Positions 61,371 to 64,000 of a stretch of DNA of 64,000 nucleotides are shown piece after piece. Source of the stretch: an uncultured archaeon (GTDB taxonomy: Archaea; Asgardarchaeota; Lokiarchaeia; Sigyniarchaeales; SOKP01); contig CAZALK010000022.1 of assembly GCA_964486045.1 (NCBI GenBank), forward strand, positions 1-64,000. The letters are read 5' to 3'. The position numbers were made by a program, and so were the translations under genes. Every line of letters begins with the position of its first letter. Position 1 is the stretch's first letter. The notes under the pieces were generated by a model. It did no database searches. It saw only the letters and a list, made by a program, of their open reading frames with translations, and was not told the DNA's origin.

Positions 61371-63623
61371 ATGGCTAAAAAAAAATCAAAAATTCAAAGA
61401 GACTTATTTGGAAATCCTCTAGAGGATAATGATTACATGAATGGAGGTTCCTCAATTGAAGAAAAAATTGATCCTTTAGAAGAATTTGATCATGATTTCT
61501 GGGAAAAAAAGGTCAATCAATTTAAAACTTCTGGAGATAAAAAGCGAGAGCTTGAAGTATATAATATATTTATTGAGAACTCGGGATTTACTTCTCCTTA
61601 TTTATTAAGAAAAGGAACTTTATTAGTGGACATGGGGAGATTTAATGACGCCTTTGAAACGTTAAAAAGTCTCTACGGATGTGAGAGTCACGACACCATT
61701 GTGGCACCGGCACAACTACAGATGGCACGAGCATCAGCGATTCAAGGAAAGAAAGATGATATGCTAAATTACTTGAAAGAAGCATTTAGAACTACGATAT
61801 TCTTTGAAGGAATTGGAACTTATTATGGTAAAAGAAAATTAATTCGAGATATTACCCAAATAACCGAATTTGACAAGTATCGAGATACAAAACTATTTCA
61901 AGGAACCTTAACTTTTGAGTGGGAACGCGAAGATGAGATAGAACTTGAAAGCAAGATAAATCATTATTTAAAAGAAAAGAATATTGATCCAAATCAGGTG
62001 GATCCGGTTCGTTTAAGGCTTCTGGAATATCTGTGTGAATATACTGAAAAGGAGGTCTATCTTGACTTTAATCTAAAACTTAACTGGTTGGTGAATACTT
62101 CTAATTCTATAGTTATTGTCCATGATAAAATGCTAGACTATCGAAATAAATTTGGGATCCATTATTCTTGGGTTCATTATGCCACATTTAACTTTTCTGA
62201 TGAAAAATTAAAGTGTATCCAACCTTTAGATAGCTCTCATGAGGCTCGTATTATCAATGACGTAGAATATGATAAGAATGATGTTGAATTAGCCTTGAAA
62301 ATTATCGACGATTCTGTAGATGTTGATATCTTAAACACTCTCGTTATTAGAGGGATAGCGAGTTCTTTCTCCCGTTCTTTAGGAGAAGAAACTTACAGGT
62401 TTCGTGCTAAAAGACGGAGTTATGAGTATGCCGTCATAGTTTTCCCCTCTTCATCCAAGAGTGAGGAGAACATTACCAACTTTTTCAATGCATGTGGTAG
62501 TCAAGAGTTGCTCGAGGTGGAAAAAGTTATAGGAAAAAATTATCCTACACAATACCTCAAAAAATCTTTTAAAGAGCAATCAGATATTTCTCTGCATCAA
62601 GAAATCAACCCACTTAAAGCTAGCGTGAAGATCCTTCTCAATAACATCAAAAGTGAAATCGAAGAAATAAAGGATAATCATAAACGGTTAGATAATCTAC
62701 TGGGATATGCCCATACATACTTTCCCCATCTTTTAGAAGAAGATGCAATTCTTTTTTCTGACTCTGTGATTGAGATCGTGACTACCATGTTTAGAGAGGC
62801 GACCAGTTCTGAAATCAATGAATTGATTACTTTTTCAGGAAATGTTCTCTATTCTTTATTAAAATCTATTGTAGTTGGGTTCCATAACTCCGTCTATCAA
62901 TCTATGGGATATATCTATAATCAAGTGAATGACAAGATTACGGAGATTGATAATGAGTGTACCAGATTATTTATTCTCATCTATTTCGATAGATATGGAG
63001 TAGGCGACCCGAAAATTTTACATCCTATACTAGTAACTCAATTTATTAAAGCGGAGGTACCAATAATAAAGTCTTTATTGGAATATAACTATGTTAGGTG
63101 GTTAGAGAAGGCAGAACGGGCAGAGATCATTGATTATATTCAACTCAATAAATTACGTGAACATGCGATTGTCGAACTAAAGAGATGGGTCAACCGGGTT
63201 CCTTCTAGAGGGACTATTATGTTGTATGAATTACTCTACGCATTTAGTAAATATAAAGAACAAACAGCAAAAACCGTCTTAAATAAGGAATTAGAAGATA
63301 ATGTAACAAAATTTAATGGAAAAATCCTAAGACAGTTGATAAAAAATAAATATTTCTCTTATATGGAGCCTGAACAAGTACATAGATTCAGTATGAAATT
63401 AGATTTTAAACAAATTTTCACAGAATTGAATTTTATCCAAGGAATGCATCTTGTGGAACGATTATCTAAAATGGGATATAAAAACGCTCACGATACAATT
63501 AAAGTCCAAGCGTTAAGATTAGCACTCAATAACAATGTAAATATCACTACAAAAACATTTAAAAAATATGTGAGTGATAATGAATTGGCAAGGGCGCTTA
63601 AATCACGAGATCCTAACATTTAG
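61371..63623 (+). CDS. large hypothetical protein with N-terminal TPR-like helices
   Basis: KGTLLVDMGRFNDAFETL, QMARASAIQGKKDDMLNYLKEA. Confidence 0.6.
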   Translation: MAKKKSKIQRDLFGNPLEDNDYMNGGSSIEEKIDPLEEFDHDFWEKKVNQFKTSGDKKRELEVYNIFIENSGFTSPYLLRKGTLLVDMGRFNDAFETLKSLYGCESHDTIVAPAQLQMARASAIQGKKDDMLNYLKEAFRTTIFFEGIGTYYGKRKLIRDITQITEFDKYRDTKLFQGTLTFEWEREDEIELESKINHYLKEKNIDPNQVDPVRLRLLEYLCEYTEKEVYLDFNLKLNWLVNTSNSIVIVHDKMLDYRNKFGIHYSWVHYATFNFSDEKLKCIQPLDSSHEARIINDVEYDKNDVELALKIIDDSVDVDILNTLVIRGIASSFSRSLGEETYRFRAKRRSYEYAVIVFPSSSKSEENITNFFNACGSQELLEVEKVIGKNYPTQYLKKSFKEQSDISLHQEINPLKASVKILLNNIKSEIEEIKDNHKRLDNLLGYAHTYFPHLLEEDAILFSDSVIEIVTTMFREATSSEINELITFSGNVLYSLLKSIVVGFHNSVYQSMGYIYNQVNDKITEIDNECTRLFILIYFDRYGVGDPKILHPILVTQFIKAEVPIIKSLLEYNYVRWLEKAERAEIIDYIQLNKLREHAIVELKRWVNRVPSRGTIMLYELLYAFSKYKEQTAKTVLNKELEDNVTKFNGKILRQLIKNKYFSYMEPEQVHRFSMKLDFKQIFTELNFIQGMHLVERLSKMGYKNAHDTIKVQALRLALNNNVNITTKTFKKYVSDNELARALKSRDPNI

Positions 63624-63717
63624 TCTTGACCGAATATTTAAATGAGTTTTTGAAAACTACAACGAGTTTAAATAAGAATTCCTTTAAAGTGTCTTATAAT
63701 GAGGGTTTTTATCAAGG

Positions 63718-63993
63718 ATGTTATTGTCGGGAGGAATAAATATGGCGGATAATAGAGTTGTCGTCTTAACTGGGGAGTATATCGAACCACATACTATTCC
63801 TGCTCATTGGATACCTCGTATAACCCGTAACTATTATAAAAGTATATTCAAAAAACCATGTGTCTTGAAAACTGAACATGGAACCTTTCTTCTTAATCCT
63901 TGGCATCTGGAAAAAAAAGTTCCCCTTGAACAGTTCCCTCCAAAGATAACTCTAGCGGGAATTGTCAGTCTGGTGGCATGGCATCCGTTCTGA
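63718..63993 (+). CDS. small hypothetical protein
   Basis: GGAGG precedes the ATG at 63742. Confidence 0.5.
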   Translation: MLLSGGINMADNRVVVLTGEYIEPHTIPAHWIPRITRNYYKSIFKKPCVLKTEHGTFLLNPWHLEKKVPLEQFPPKITLAGIVSLVAWHPF

Positions 63994-64000
63994 AACCTAC

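Overview
AT-rich archaeal chromosomal window, very probably from an Asgard archaeon of the Lokiarchaeia type. This is inferred from two Arf-like small GTPase fusions (roadblock-like and longin-like), a V4R protein, a VWA-RING protein, IPG-type C-terminal sorting signals, CdhA and an MtrH homologue. It carries a dispersed alpha-glucan gene set (maltokinase, GalT/HIT-like enzyme, sugar-1-P nucleotidyltransferase, two GH57 enzymes, a degenerate PGM/PMM), B12-radical SAM enzymes, regulators and a membrane-orphan-rich accessory stretch at about 25.4-38 kb. The main finding is that two conserved protein genes are interrupted by three short (30, 32 and 30 nt), stop-containing, hairpin-forming insertions. 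These fold with the flanking exons into bulge-helix-bulge (BHB)-like motifs. Cutting after the second base of each 3-nt bulge, the tRNA-splicing endonuclease rule, restores a colinear 782-aa CdhA (two introns) and a 571-aa GH57 enzyme (one intron). These look like tRNA-type, non-spliceosomal introns in mRNAs of central carbon metabolism genes. All folding and alignment was done by hand. No RNA genes, CRISPR arrays or transposases were recognised.
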